Shown: one piece after another, positions 38,384 to 47,346 of the stretch
How positions within the stretch are numbered: the first letter of the stretch is position 1
How the letters are laid out: every line of letters begins with the position of its first letter
Origin: Candidatus Omnitrophota bacterium
Lineage (GTDB): Bacteria; Omnitrophota; Gorgyraeia; Duberdicusellales; 4484-171
NCBI GenBank assembly: GCA_003154195.1
Contig: PMCS01000024.1
Location: 28-64,027 of the forward strand
DNA length: 64,000 nucleotides
Reading direction: 5' to 3'
Notes under the pieces: generated by a model
What the model saw: the letters and a program-made list of their open reading frames with translations, nothing else
What the model was told of the DNA's origin: nothing
Databases searched by the model: none
Made by a program: the position numbers and the translations under genes

Positions 38384-39567
38384 AAACCAAAAACCTACCA
38401 CCAAGACACTAAGGCACAAAAAACAAAGACTAAAAATAAATTTTCACCACAGAGAACACAGAGCGCACAGAGAAAACAGAACCAAGAAACTTTTCCCCAC
38501 CCGCTCGCTTCGCTCGCTGGAGAGCACGAAGCCCACGAAGGGAAAACAAATTTTTACCGCAAAGGCGGTGTGTAGCGGAGCGAAGCGTAACCTCCCCAAA
38601 AGGGGACAAAGTGCGCAAGGTAAATAATTAAGTACGTGTCCCCGGAACTTCGAACTTAAAATAAGTTTTAATGGTTTTTCATGGAATCTCTTCCGAATAT
38701 TAAAAAAAAGGGATAGTTAAATTGTCTTGTCAAAATTATGAATTTTCCATCCTGAACGGACGGCCCAGACATTAGTTCAATTTCATCTTTATCTTCGATA
38801 TAATAAAAAGCCATACCGAAGATGTCATTCCTATTGGCAAGTTCTTCGGGTATAGGAATTTTTATTTTTATTATATCGTCAGCATATCCGGATTGGCTTG
38901 TGTCTTTACTTATGGGGGAAACTTTAATTACACTGACTTTTCCCCCGTAAGTAACTTTAACTTTAGGATGCTCGAAATAAGCCGCCGCTACGCTTACACT
39001 TATTTTTTGTTCTGTTTTTAATGCATTTTGAGGAAATTCTATTTCTACGCCGTCAAGAGGGTAGTCGGAATTCGGAACAGTTATGAGACCGCCTTTAGGG
39101 CCTATTGTTTGTGAGCATATTTCAACAAAATTAGATTCATACGTTATAATTTTAGCTTGAGCGCAAAATGTTGATCCGGGAAGCATTAATGTAATAAGCC
39201 CAAGATAAAAGATATTAAGGAATTTTTTCACGAAAACATCCTTTTTTATTTTCCTCTGACAAAAAAATCATACGACAATCCTATTTTTTAATATTAGTTG
39301 AAAGTCTTTAGCGGCCGGGGTGTCTTCTAGTTAATAATAACGCGAAAAAGTATTTGTCTTTATCTTTGGAAATCTGCGTAATCTGTGGACAAAAATATTT
39401 TGTATTTCTTTGTACCTTAGCAGTCAGAAATCATTCTTCCAGTTTTTTCATTCCTCTTCCTTATCTCTTGTTTTTTGCTCTTTTTCTTTTGGTATCTCTC
39501 TGCGAACTCTGTGCGCTCTGTGGTGAAAATTTTATTTTTTGTGCCTTGGTAGTAAATTTTTTGGTTT
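38384..39567. mobile_element. cassette-like segment: ~90-100 bp periodic inverted arms enclosing one gene
   Basis: 38384-38490 matches the reverse complement of 39480-39567 (aaacc..ccaag..cacaaaa..ttttcaccacagag..cacagag). Confidence 0.55.
38668..39231 (-). CDS. exported hypothetical protein, AT-rich, ZU5-like start
   Basis: Signal-like N-terminus, IGPKGGLI...IEFPQNAL; GTG start with AAGGA RBS. Confidence 0.65.
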   Translation of the reverse strand: MKKFLNIFYLGLITLMLPGSTFCAQAKIITYESNFVEICSQTIGPKGGLITVPNSDYPLDGVEIEFPQNALKTEQKISVSVAAAYFEHPKVKVTYGGKVSVIKVSPISKDTSQSGYADDIIKIKIPIPEELANRNDIFGMAFYYIEDKDEIELMSGPSVQDGKFIILTRQFNYPFFLIFGRDSMKNH

Positions 39568-39581
39568 ATCTTCTTTTGTTT

Positions 39582-40520
39582 TTATTTGTTTGAAAGCTTC
39601 ACCGCTAACTTTATGGCTTCAATCATCGACGAAATAAACGGCTTCTTCCCCTGCCGCATCAGGCCGAACGCCGTGCCATGGTCCGGCGAAGTACGGATAA
39701 CCGGAAGGCCGATAGTCAGGTTTACCGCGGTTTCGAAGGCGAGCAGTTTTAAGGGAATCATCCCCTGGTCGTGATAGCTGCAGATGACACAATCGTATTT
39801 TTTTAACGCGTCTTCGGTGAATAATGTATCGCAAGGATATGGCCCAAAAACGCCTTCTTTGAATAAACGCGCCGCGGCCAGAAGTTCTTTTTCTTCTTTG
39901 CCTAAAAACGTATCGACACCGGCATGGGGATTAAAGGAGGCCATGACGAGGCGCGGTTTTTTTATTTTAAATAATTTTTTTAAGGCAGCGCGGGTAAGGT
40001 TTATTGTCTTGGCAATTTTTTGTCGTTCCAGAAGAGCCGGGACTTTTACCAGCGGTACATGGCGCGTCATCAGGACGACTTTCAGTTTTTCCGAGACCAT
40101 CATCATCTCATAGTTCTTTACCTTAAAATAATCGGCAAGGTACTCGGTGTGGCCGCAAAATCCCGGCAAAGTTAAGGCGACGGCTTCTTTGGATACCGGC
40201 GCGGTTACGATGGTGATTTTTTTGTCGCTCGCTATTCCCAGGGCTTTATTGATGTAATCAAGCGAAGCTCTTCCGGTTATCCTTGACGGCTTACCGGGCT
40301 TTACTTTATCGATGCCGGAAGTATTGTTGTCGATAAATGTTAATCGGCCGGATATTTTTTTGAATGTCGCCAGGCGGGTAAGTATCTTTTCGTCGCCGAT
40401 TACGATAAATTTTACGTTTTTAAAGGTTTTCTGTCTCAGCAGGAATTCAATAGCGCGGACAGTAATGTCGGGGCCGCATCCAGCCGGATCACCGGTGGTT
40501 ATGATTACTTTAGCGGGCAT
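39582..40520 (-). CDS. pdxA: 4-hydroxythreonine-4-phosphate dehydrogenase
   Basis: GDPAGCGP, TAPVSK, GHTEYL, NPHAG, YHDQG, RTSPDHGTA. Confidence 0.95.
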   Translation of the reverse strand: MPAKVIITTGDPAGCGPDITVRAIEFLLRQKTFKNVKFIVIGDEKILTRLATFKKISGRLTFIDNNTSGIDKVKPGKPSRITGRASLDYINKALGIASDKKITIVTAPVSKEAVALTLPGFCGHTEYLADYFKVKNYEMMMVSEKLKVVLMTRHVPLVKVPALLERQKIAKTINLTRAALKKLFKIKKPRLVMASFNPHAGVDTFLGKEEKELLAAARLFKEGVFGPYPCDTLFTEDALKKYDCVICSYHDQGMIPLKLLAFETAVNLTIGLPVIRTSPDHGTAFGLMRQGKKPFISSMIEAIKLAVKLSNK

Positions 40521-40528
40521 ATATGTAG

Positions 40529-40690
40529 TAAGTAGAGGGATGAAAAGAAAATTGTTTTCCGTTGAAAGGTTGCGTAGCTCGTCACGGCGTTCGGCAAAAA
40601 AGACGGTAACCGTATGACGATAAACAATTCGAGTTACGCAACCGATAACCGATTGACGTATTTTTTCTCTTTACTTTTCGCTCTCTACTT
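40529..40690. repeat. nested periodic-arm inverted repeats (7-nt outer, ~8-nt inner)
   Basis: aagtagag ... ctctactt outer arms; ggttgcgtagctcg ... cgagttacgcaacc inner arms. Confidence 0.7.
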
Positions 40691-40692
40691 CC

Positions 40693-41682
40693 TTAACGGT
40701 ATTCGTCATCCAGTATGTTGATTACGGCGTTTTCTTTTAGTTCCTTAAGCCACGCGTCGAGTTTTTCGACGTATTCTCTTTGCCATAACATGTTGGCTAT
40801 TTTTTCTCTGGCTTCTTCAAGAGGGACCACGCGTTCGGGTATTATTTTTGATAAATAAATCAAATAATCGATACCTTCTATTTTTTGTATCGCCAATTCC
40901 CCTTCCTTGAGTTTTACCAGCATACCACTAATGCCCTCTTTTAATTCATTCGCCGGCGATTCCAGTTTTACCAGCTCGTTTTTATATTTGTCGATACTTT
41001 TTTCTTCGCCGTTTTCTTTTAGAAACGCGGCAATCGCCGTCAGGATATTTTTGTCGGCGTTCTTCGCGAGCAGGAATACATATTTAAGCGGGGCAATCAT
41101 TTCTTTTAAATTGGCATTGTACGCATCGATAATTTTTTGAGGAGAAATATTGATGTTGTACCGGACATGCATGTCGATGGCATCCCTGACGAGTAGTTGT
41201 TCTTTTATACGCTCTCTCAATATTGTCAGGCTTATCCCCTTATCGACCAGGGATTTTTCGAATTCGACTCTTGAAGGGTACCCCGCGGTTATTTCGTCGA
41301 TGCGTTTTTCGATTTCCTCCGGCGGTATCTCCAGCGACTTTTTTCTCTTTTCATCTTTTTCATTCTTTATCGCTTCTTCCCGTTCCCTTTTCGCCGCGTC
41401 AATCGTAAGCTGGTCGTCAACTATATGGCTAAGAATATATTTTTTTAATTCTTTTTCATCTTTAGGCAATTGGTCCTTAACTTCAGGGGGTTGATATTCA
41501 AGAATGATCCGGTAATCCCGGGCATCTTGCGATGTTATCGCCCGGTCGTTTACTTTGGCGATTATTTTTGCAATCGCGTCAGCGTATACCCGGCAAGGCA
41601 TAAATAATAAAACCAGCCCGAGTACCCTAAAGAATACCGTTAAATAACGTTTTATTTGTAACCTTTTTTTTGCATTTACCAT
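40693..41682 (-). CDS. SurA N-terminal domain chaperone / degenerate parvulin
   Basis: KIIAKVND.AIT, helical SurA core, C-terminal WLKELK..A.I; syntenic with mfd-pdxA-rsmA. Confidence 0.75.
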   Translation of the reverse strand: MVNAKKRLQIKRYLTVFFRVLGLVLLFMPCRVYADAIAKIIAKVNDRAITSQDARDYRIILEYQPPEVKDQLPKDEKELKKYILSHIVDDQLTIDAAKREREEAIKNEKDEKRKKSLEIPPEEIEKRIDEITAGYPSRVEFEKSLVDKGISLTILRERIKEQLLVRDAIDMHVRYNINISPQKIIDAYNANLKEMIAPLKYVFLLAKNADKNILTAIAAFLKENGEEKSIDKYKNELVKLESPANELKEGISGMLVKLKEGELAIQKIEGIDYLIYLSKIIPERVVPLEEAREKIANMLWQREYVEKLDAWLKELKENAVINILDDEYR

Positions 41683-41760
41683 TTTCAATCTTTCTAAATC
41701 CGCTGCGGGCGGATTTACCGATAAGCCTACCATGCGGTTCAGCAGTAGGGTAGGCTTATT

Positions 41761-41866
41761 CTCCTTCGCCGAATACCCTGTGGTCTTGCCACAGGGATGA
41801 AGGCTATGATCTTCGGCTTCGGAGAAATGAAGCTGGATACCCCGCGGTCTTGCCGCGGGGAGAACA
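41761..41866 (+). mobile_element. diverged relative of the IS200/IS605-like miniature element
   Basis: CCTTCGCCGAATA-[CCCTGTGG-TCTTG-CCACAGGG]-ATGAAGG..TTCGGC..TGAAGCT..[CCCCGCGG-TCTTG-CCGCGGGG]. Confidence 0.55.
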
Positions 41867-41874
41867 TTGGTGCT

Positions 41875-42192
41875 TCATTTTTTAATTTTTAATTGTACCC
41901 GGCTCCAGCCGATGGTGCAATAAAATATTCCTGCCAGAAAAATTGCGGCGACGATTATTATGGAAACAACCGCCGGCGAAACAGAATAGTTAATTATTAA
42001 TTTCACAATCACGCAGAGCAGAATGGTTATCGTGTAGCCGGCGCCCAGAGAAATCATCGGCCAGAATAAAAAATCTCTTGTCCGTACCACCGATTTCGTT
42101 CCGCAGTTGGAACATTCAAATCCGGTCAGCATCGTATGCGTGGATAACCGGTACCACGGGATCGGTTTATTACATTTGGGACATTCCGCCAT
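41875..42192 (-). CDS. small membrane protein with CxxC...CxxC zinc ribbon
   Basis: CPKC and CSNC followed by two hydrophobic helices. Confidence 0.6.
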   Translation of the reverse strand: MAECPKCNKPIPWYRLSTHTMLTGFECSNCGTKSVVRTRDFLFWPMISLGAGYTITILLCVIVKLIINYSVSPAVVSIIIVAAIFLAGIFYCTIGWSRVQLKIKK

Positions 42193-42208
42193 GTTGTATA
42201 TTTTTTTA

Positions 42209-42393
42209 GCACAGATGATCGCTGATTAGAAGATGCAGATTACCGCAGACAGGAACCAAATTAGAATACTCCGCAAATTTTAATTAAGCAAAATTAGTGA
42301 GTATTATAAAGACGAATAGCTTGCAACCGGTTCTTCTAATCTATCATCGCCAATCTTTTTATCAGCGGCCATCAGCATCTTCTAATCAGCGAT
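42209..42393. repeat. periodic-arm inverted repeat, cgctgattag family (~10-nt units)
   Basis: atcgctgattagaagatgc ... gcatcttctaatcagcgat; same family at 54639-54792, single arm at 7420-7459. Confidence 0.85.
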
Positions 42394-42394
42394 T

Positions 42395-44287
42395 CTAACC
42401 GACTTCTATTTTAAACGCTTCCTTCAAATATTCAACCTCTTTCTTCAGCAGGCGGCAATAAAGGTCAAAGCCGACCATCCAGATGAAACCGTGCTGCTCT
42501 TTACCCAGGACATTCCCCGCCCCGCGTAATTCAAGGTCGCTCATGGCGATATCGAAGCCGGCGCCCAGATGCGAAAACTCCGTTATCAACTCCAGCCTTT
42601 TTCTCGCTTCTCCGGGGATTTCCGCTAACCGGGGGATTACCAGGTAGGCGTACGCCTGGAGATTGAAACGGCCCACCCGGCCGCGTAATTGATGGAGGTC
42701 GGCGAAACCAATTTGATGGGCGTTGTTGATAATGATGGTGTTGGCGCTGGGTATATCGATTCCCGATTCGACAATGGCAGTAGAAATCAGGCAATCGATT
42801 CGTTTTTCGATAAAGGAAAGCATGACTTTTTCTATCTCATGGGAAGGAAGCCGCCCGTGCACGACTCCGATTTTCACTTCCGGCGGCAGGACTCTTCTTA
42901 ATGTCTTTTCCAGCTCATATATTGTTTCAATGCGGTTATGGACGATAAATACTTCGCCGCCGCGATTAATTTCTTTTACGACCGCTTCTTTCAGGAGTGC
43001 CGGCGAGAATTCAGCGATTCTTGTCTTCACCGCGAGCCTTTCCTGCGGCGGCGTCTGAATCAGGGATATATTTTTCATTCCAATCAGTCCCATATAGAGA
43101 GTGCGCGGTATCGGCGTCGCGGTGAGTGTTAAAATATCGATGCCGATTTTCACTTTTTTTAATATTTCTTTATGTTCGACGCCGAATTTATGCTCTTCAT
43201 CGATAATCAGCAGGCCTAAATCCTTAAAGGCAATATCCTGCGAAAGAAGCCGGTGGGTGCCGATGACAATGTCGATTTTTCCTTCGCTTACTTCCCGGAC
43301 AATTCTTTCCTGCTGCGCGGTAGAGCGAAAACGTGACAGCATCTCCACTTTTACGGGAAAATTTTCCAGGCGTTTGCATAGGTTGGTATAGTGCTGGTAG
43401 GCCAGGATTGTCGTGGGAACGAGGAAAGCTACTTGTTTGGAATCCATGACCGCCTTAAACGCCGCGCGCATCGCCACTTCGGTTTTCCCATAACCGACGT
43501 CGCCGCAGATTATCCGATCCATGCAGATATCCGATTCCATATCGTGTTTTACGTCGCGGACAGCATTAGCCTGGTCCGGCGTCTCGGTATAGGGAAAAGT
43601 CAGTTCAAAATCTTTCTGCCAGGGGGTATCGGCCGAATATTTAAAACCGCCGATGATTTTACGCTGCGCCTGCATCCGTAAAAGTTCCAGGGCGAATTCT
43701 TTTATCCCCCGGCCCACTTTCTCTTTCAGCCTGGTCCATTCCTTTGAGCCCAGGCGGCTTAATTTTGGATGTTTCGATGTGAAATTTACGTATTTCTGGA
43801 TCAGGTGGGCGTCTTCTTTGGAAACGTAAAGCTTATCGCCTTTTTCATAATGCAGCTCAAGGTAACTGCCCTCTATTCCTTTAACCGTTAATTTTTTAAC
43901 GCCGGAGAATTTTCCGATGCCATAGCGGTTATGCACCACATAATCGCCGGCTTTTATGCGCAATACCGCGTCGAGCGGAAGGTCTTCGTTGGCGTACTTC
44001 CTGGCTTTTTTGAAATGCGGGATAATAATAAGAAAATCGTAATCGATGATTTTCTTATTCATTATTTTGTCGAAGCTGTAAATTTTTCTGACGGTGTCGA
44101 GCTCCCATTCCAATCGGAGAGGAAAATTGAAATTGACGGGGAAAATCTGCAGAGTATCGCCCCGGACCGAAAAATCGCCTTCTTCGGCGATTTCGTCGCA
44201 GCGACGGTAGCCTAAATCACAAAGAGCTTTCTCGGTATTTACCAGAGAAAGCTCTTTGTTAAGATAAAGTTTTAAAGTATTAAACAT
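42395..44287 (-). CDS. mfd: compact transcription-repair coupling factor (630 aa)
   Basis: UvrB-like GDFSVRGD, CarD-like GDYVVH.RYGIG, GDVGYGKT, DEEH, TATPIPRT, QLRGRVGR, DLELRGAGN. Confidence 0.88.
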   Translation of the reverse strand: MFNTLKLYLNKELSLVNTEKALCDLGYRRCDEIAEEGDFSVRGDTLQIFPVNFNFPLRLEWELDTVRKIYSFDKIMNKKIIDYDFLIIIPHFKKARKYANEDLPLDAVLRIKAGDYVVHNRYGIGKFSGVKKLTVKGIEGSYLELHYEKGDKLYVSKEDAHLIQKYVNFTSKHPKLSRLGSKEWTRLKEKVGRGIKEFALELLRMQAQRKIIGGFKYSADTPWQKDFELTFPYTETPDQANAVRDVKHDMESDICMDRIICGDVGYGKTEVAMRAAFKAVMDSKQVAFLVPTTILAYQHYTNLCKRLENFPVKVEMLSRFRSTAQQERIVREVSEGKIDIVIGTHRLLSQDIAFKDLGLLIIDEEHKFGVEHKEILKKVKIGIDILTLTATPIPRTLYMGLIGMKNISLIQTPPQERLAVKTRIAEFSPALLKEAVVKEINRGGEVFIVHNRIETIYELEKTLRRVLPPEVKIGVVHGRLPSHEIEKVMLSFIEKRIDCLISTAIVESGIDIPSANTIIINNAHQIGFADLHQLRGRVGRFNLQAYAYLVIPRLAEIPGEARKRLELITEFSHLGAGFDIAMSDLELRGAGNVLGKEQHGFIWMVGFDLYCRLLKKEVEYLKEAFKIEVG

Positions 44288-44301
44288 CTATGCGGATGTT
44301 A

Positions 44302-46464
44302 CTATACACGGGTCTTGCGCACAAAAAGCACTAGGACCGAACTTACGTAAATCGTAGAATAGATTCCCGATAGAAACCCTATAAGTAATACGAAAGAAAA
44401 ACTGCTCAAGCCTTCTCCGCCCAAAAAATACATCGACGAAGTAACCATTAAAACGGTAAGAGTGGTTATGACTGTTCGGCCAAAAACTTCGTTCATGGCG
44501 GTATTCATGAGTTGAGCGATATTAGCTTTAGGTATACGCGGAGCCAGTTCCCGGATGCGGTCATAGAGAACGATGGTGTCACTGACCGAATAACCGGCGA
44601 TGGTCAGAAGCGCGGTGATGGTGAGAAGGTCGATTTCATAACCCTTGATACAGGTAATGCCAAGCGCGATAAGGACGTCGTAGAGCAGCCCGAGCACCGC
44701 GGCCATGGCGAAATCCCAGTGCCGAAAACGAAATACGATATAAATCAGGATGCCCAGCAGGGAAAAGAGAACTGCCAGGACGGCTTTTTGTTTCAACTGG
44801 GCGCCGGCCGCCGGCCCGACTTTGGTCACTTTCAGGCGTTCGTAATCTTTAAAGTTTTTCTTTAACGAACGTTCGACCGTGGCGGTAATATCCTCCCGGC
44901 TTTTGATGATGACTCCTCCGGGGATACTTTCGATTTCCTGGATCGCTTCGGTGGTAATGCCGTCTTGCTTAAGAGCTCCCCGGACATTTTCTATTTTCGG
45001 TAACGAAGGTATTTTATACTCCAGGACTAAACCGCCGCGGAAATCTACGCCATAGGCTTTTTCACCCCGCGAATGGAAACTGAACAGGCCGACGATTACC
45101 AAGATCATCGATGCCGTGAACATCACGTTTTTAATCTTAAAGAAATTAATCTGCATTTTGGGGAAAAGATGCAGCATGGGAAACTTTTGCATTTTGATGG
45201 TATTAAGCAGGTAAGACAGCATAGTCTTGGAGACGTAAATCGAAGTAAACATACTCACGGCCAAACCCAGGATGAGTGTTGTCGCAAAACCTTTGATCGG
45301 ACCGGTTCCGAAAGTAAAAAGGAAAATTGCGGCGATAACGTTGGTCAAATGAGTATCGAGAATCGTGATAAAGGTGCGGTCATAGCTGTTTTTCATGGCC
45401 GAGCCCAGAGATTTTTTAAGGTTTAGCTCATCCCTCAAACGCTCATAGATCAACACGTTGGCGTCGACGGCCATCGCCAGAGATAAGATTAAGCCGGCGA
45501 TACCCGGTAGGGTCAGGGTAGCATGCATGAGGCTTAAACCGGCTAAGGTAAGCAAAAGGTTCAGGACAAGGCAAAGGCAAGCGACGATACCGCCGATGGT
45601 GTAGTAGATCATCATGAAAAGGAAGACCACACCTACGCCTACCAGCGATGAGATAATGCCGTGTTTGATGGAATCCGAACCAAGCAGGGGGCCTACGGTA
45701 CGTTCCTCTTCGACGGTTAACGGCACAGGTAGGGCACCCGAATTAAGAATCGATACCAGGAGTTTGGCTTCGTCAATAGGGAAGTCTCCGGTGATTTCCG
45801 CGCCGCCGCTTAAAATTGCTTCTTTTATCATCGGAGCGCTCATCACCTTGTTGTCCAGGATGATGGCCAGGCGTTTGCCGACGTTTTCTTCGGTAACCCG
45901 GGCAAATTGTTTCATCCCCTGGGAAGTAAACTGCAATTTTACGTCCGCCGCGCCGTAATTGTCGAATCCGACATAGCTTTCCGCCAAGTCCGCGCCGGTG
46001 AGCGAAGCTTTTTGGCCGACCAGGAGCCAGGAGTTTTGATATTCGAGAAAATCGCAACCCGCGGTCACATTCCCTTTTATCGCCGCCTCGAATTTATCTT
46101 TATCTTCATCGACGATTTTAAATTCGAGTTTCCCCGCTTCTTTCAGCTTATCGATTATGCTCCGGTCGACGACGCCGGGAAGCTGTGCCAGGATCGAATC
46201 GACGCCCTGGACCTGTATCGTTGTTTCTTTAACGCCGTAAGCGTCGATGCGGGTGCGGATTTTTTCGATGGCGCCGCTGATCGCGTCGCCTAATTTGTCG
46301 CTTTTGATACCGCTGGTATCGGCGTGCAGCAACACATACGTTCCGCCTTTAAGGTCGAGGCCCTGGTTTATTTTTTTATCCAGCGGCCAGATTAAATAAG
46401 CGCTGGCGATAGTGAGAGCCAATATTATAACGACCCTTACTTTTAGATTAGCTGTACTGACCAT
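44302..46464 (-). CDS. secDF: fused protein translocase subunit SecDF
   Basis: GLDLKGG, SGALP, AVDANVLIYER, GPIKGFA; GVDFRGG, GYSVSDTIV.YDRIRE. Confidence 0.95.
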   Translation of the reverse strand: MVSTANLKVRVVIILALTIASAYLIWPLDKKINQGLDLKGGTYVLLHADTSGIKSDKLGDAISGAIEKIRTRIDAYGVKETTIQVQGVDSILAQLPGVVDRSIIDKLKEAGKLEFKIVDEDKDKFEAAIKGNVTAGCDFLEYQNSWLLVGQKASLTGADLAESYVGFDNYGAADVKLQFTSQGMKQFARVTEENVGKRLAIILDNKVMSAPMIKEAILSGGAEITGDFPIDEAKLLVSILNSGALPVPLTVEEERTVGPLLGSDSIKHGIISSLVGVGVVFLFMMIYYTIGGIVACLCLVLNLLLTLAGLSLMHATLTLPGIAGLILSLAMAVDANVLIYERLRDELNLKKSLGSAMKNSYDRTFITILDTHLTNVIAAIFLFTFGTGPIKGFATTLILGLAVSMFTSIYVSKTMLSYLLNTIKMQKFPMLHLFPKMQINFFKIKNVMFTASMILVIVGLFSFHSRGEKAYGVDFRGGLVLEYKIPSLPKIENVRGALKQDGITTEAIQEIESIPGGVIIKSREDITATVERSLKKNFKDYERLKVTKVGPAAGAQLKQKAVLAVLFSLLGILIYIVFRFRHWDFAMAAVLGLLYDVLIALGITCIKGYEIDLLTITALLTIAGYSVSDTIVLYDRIRELAPRIPKANIAQLMNTAMNEVFGRTVITTLTVLMVTSSMYFLGGEGLSSFSFVLLIGFLSGIYSTIYVSSVLVLFVRKTRV

Positions 46465-46485
46465 TTTGTTTACCTCCCTGCGAAT

Positions 46486-46770
46486 TTACGATTTTACCAC
46501 TACGTGGCCAACGGCATTTTTGTCGATTTCTATTTTTACGTTATCATCAATGCGTAAAGTAAAAGTTTTATCCTTGATGTTTACGATTGTCCCATAGATG
46601 CCTCCCGATGTTACCACTTCGTCGTTTTTCTTGATGCCATCGAGCATTGCCTGGCGTTTTTTTTGTTCGGTTGACTGCGGCCTGATGAAGAAAAAATAAA
46701 ACATAATAAAAATAAATATTATCGGTAAAAACTGGTAAATCGCTGCGGCAGAGCCGGTATTTGGCTGCAT
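46486..46770 (-). CDS. yajC: preprotein translocase subunit YajC
   Basis: FYFFFIRPQ, VVTSGGIYG; AGGAG RBS before ATG 46770. Confidence 0.93.
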   Translation of the reverse strand: MQPNTGSAAAIYQFLPIIFIFIMFYFFFIRPQSTEQKKRQAMLDGIKKNDEVVTSGGIYGTIVNIKDKTFTLRIDDNVKIEIDKNAVGHVVVKS

Positions 46771-46802
46771 TACATATCTCCTTTTTATTTGAACCGCAAA
46801 AA

Positions 46803-46887
46803 AACCGCCGAATTTATTCGGCGGATTGCCTGCCGGTAAGGCAGGCATGCGGGGCAAATAATCCCGCCGCATTTTGGCGGGATTATT
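46803..46887. repeat. three tandem REP-like palindromes
   Basis: ccgccgaat-tt-attcggcgg; gcctgcc-ggtaa-ggcaggc; aataatcccgcc..ggcgggattatt (also at 31682). Confidence 0.75.
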
Positions 46888-47158
46888 TGGGTGAAGCCAC
46901 CGGCGAAGTCGCCGTTGATACACTATTCCGATATTTTTTCGCCAGGGACGCCACTGTGTCTGTGGGTATTGCGCCTTTTTTTACCCATGCGTCATACTTT
47001 ACGAGTTCCATCTTTAATATTTTGCTGGCGGGATCATAATGCCCTAAATAATCGACAAATTTACCGTCGCGCGCTTTGCATTTTTCGATAACCACAATTT
47101 TGCTTGCGACCCTGCCCTTAGCTACTTTGCCGGGCCGGCGTAATCTGATTCTTAACAT
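46883..47158 (-). CDS. rpsP: 30S ribosomal protein S16
   Basis: IRLRR.G, IVV....ARDGKF...LG.YDP, W..KGA.PTDTV. Confidence 0.92.
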   Translation of the reverse strand: MLRIRLRRPGKVAKGRVASKIVVIEKCKARDGKFVDYLGHYDPASKILKMELVKYDAWVKKGAIPTDTVASLAKKYRNSVSTATSPVASPK

Positions 47159-47210
47159 GTTTTTCCTCCTTAGCTGAATTCCAGTATATAAAACTAAAAC
47201 AAAAAACTTA

Positions 47211-47338
47211 GTCCACAGATCTCTCAGATTTATTCGGATCCAAAAATTAGTAGATAAATAAAAAAATAAAAGAACTATTTTTCTTACATTTGCTTTATCA
47301 TTTCCGGAAATCCATGAAAATCTGCGTAATCTGTGGAC
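47211..47338. repeat. periodic-arm inverted repeat, gtccacagat family
   Basis: gtccacagatctctcagattt ... aaatctgcgtaatctgtggac. Confidence 0.85.
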
Positions 47339-47346
47339 AAAAAGTT

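Noticed and set aside
46771-46923. N-terminal extension of YajC in the ORF track
   Set aside because: Runs through REP palindromes and rpsP; a strong RBS supports ATG 46770.
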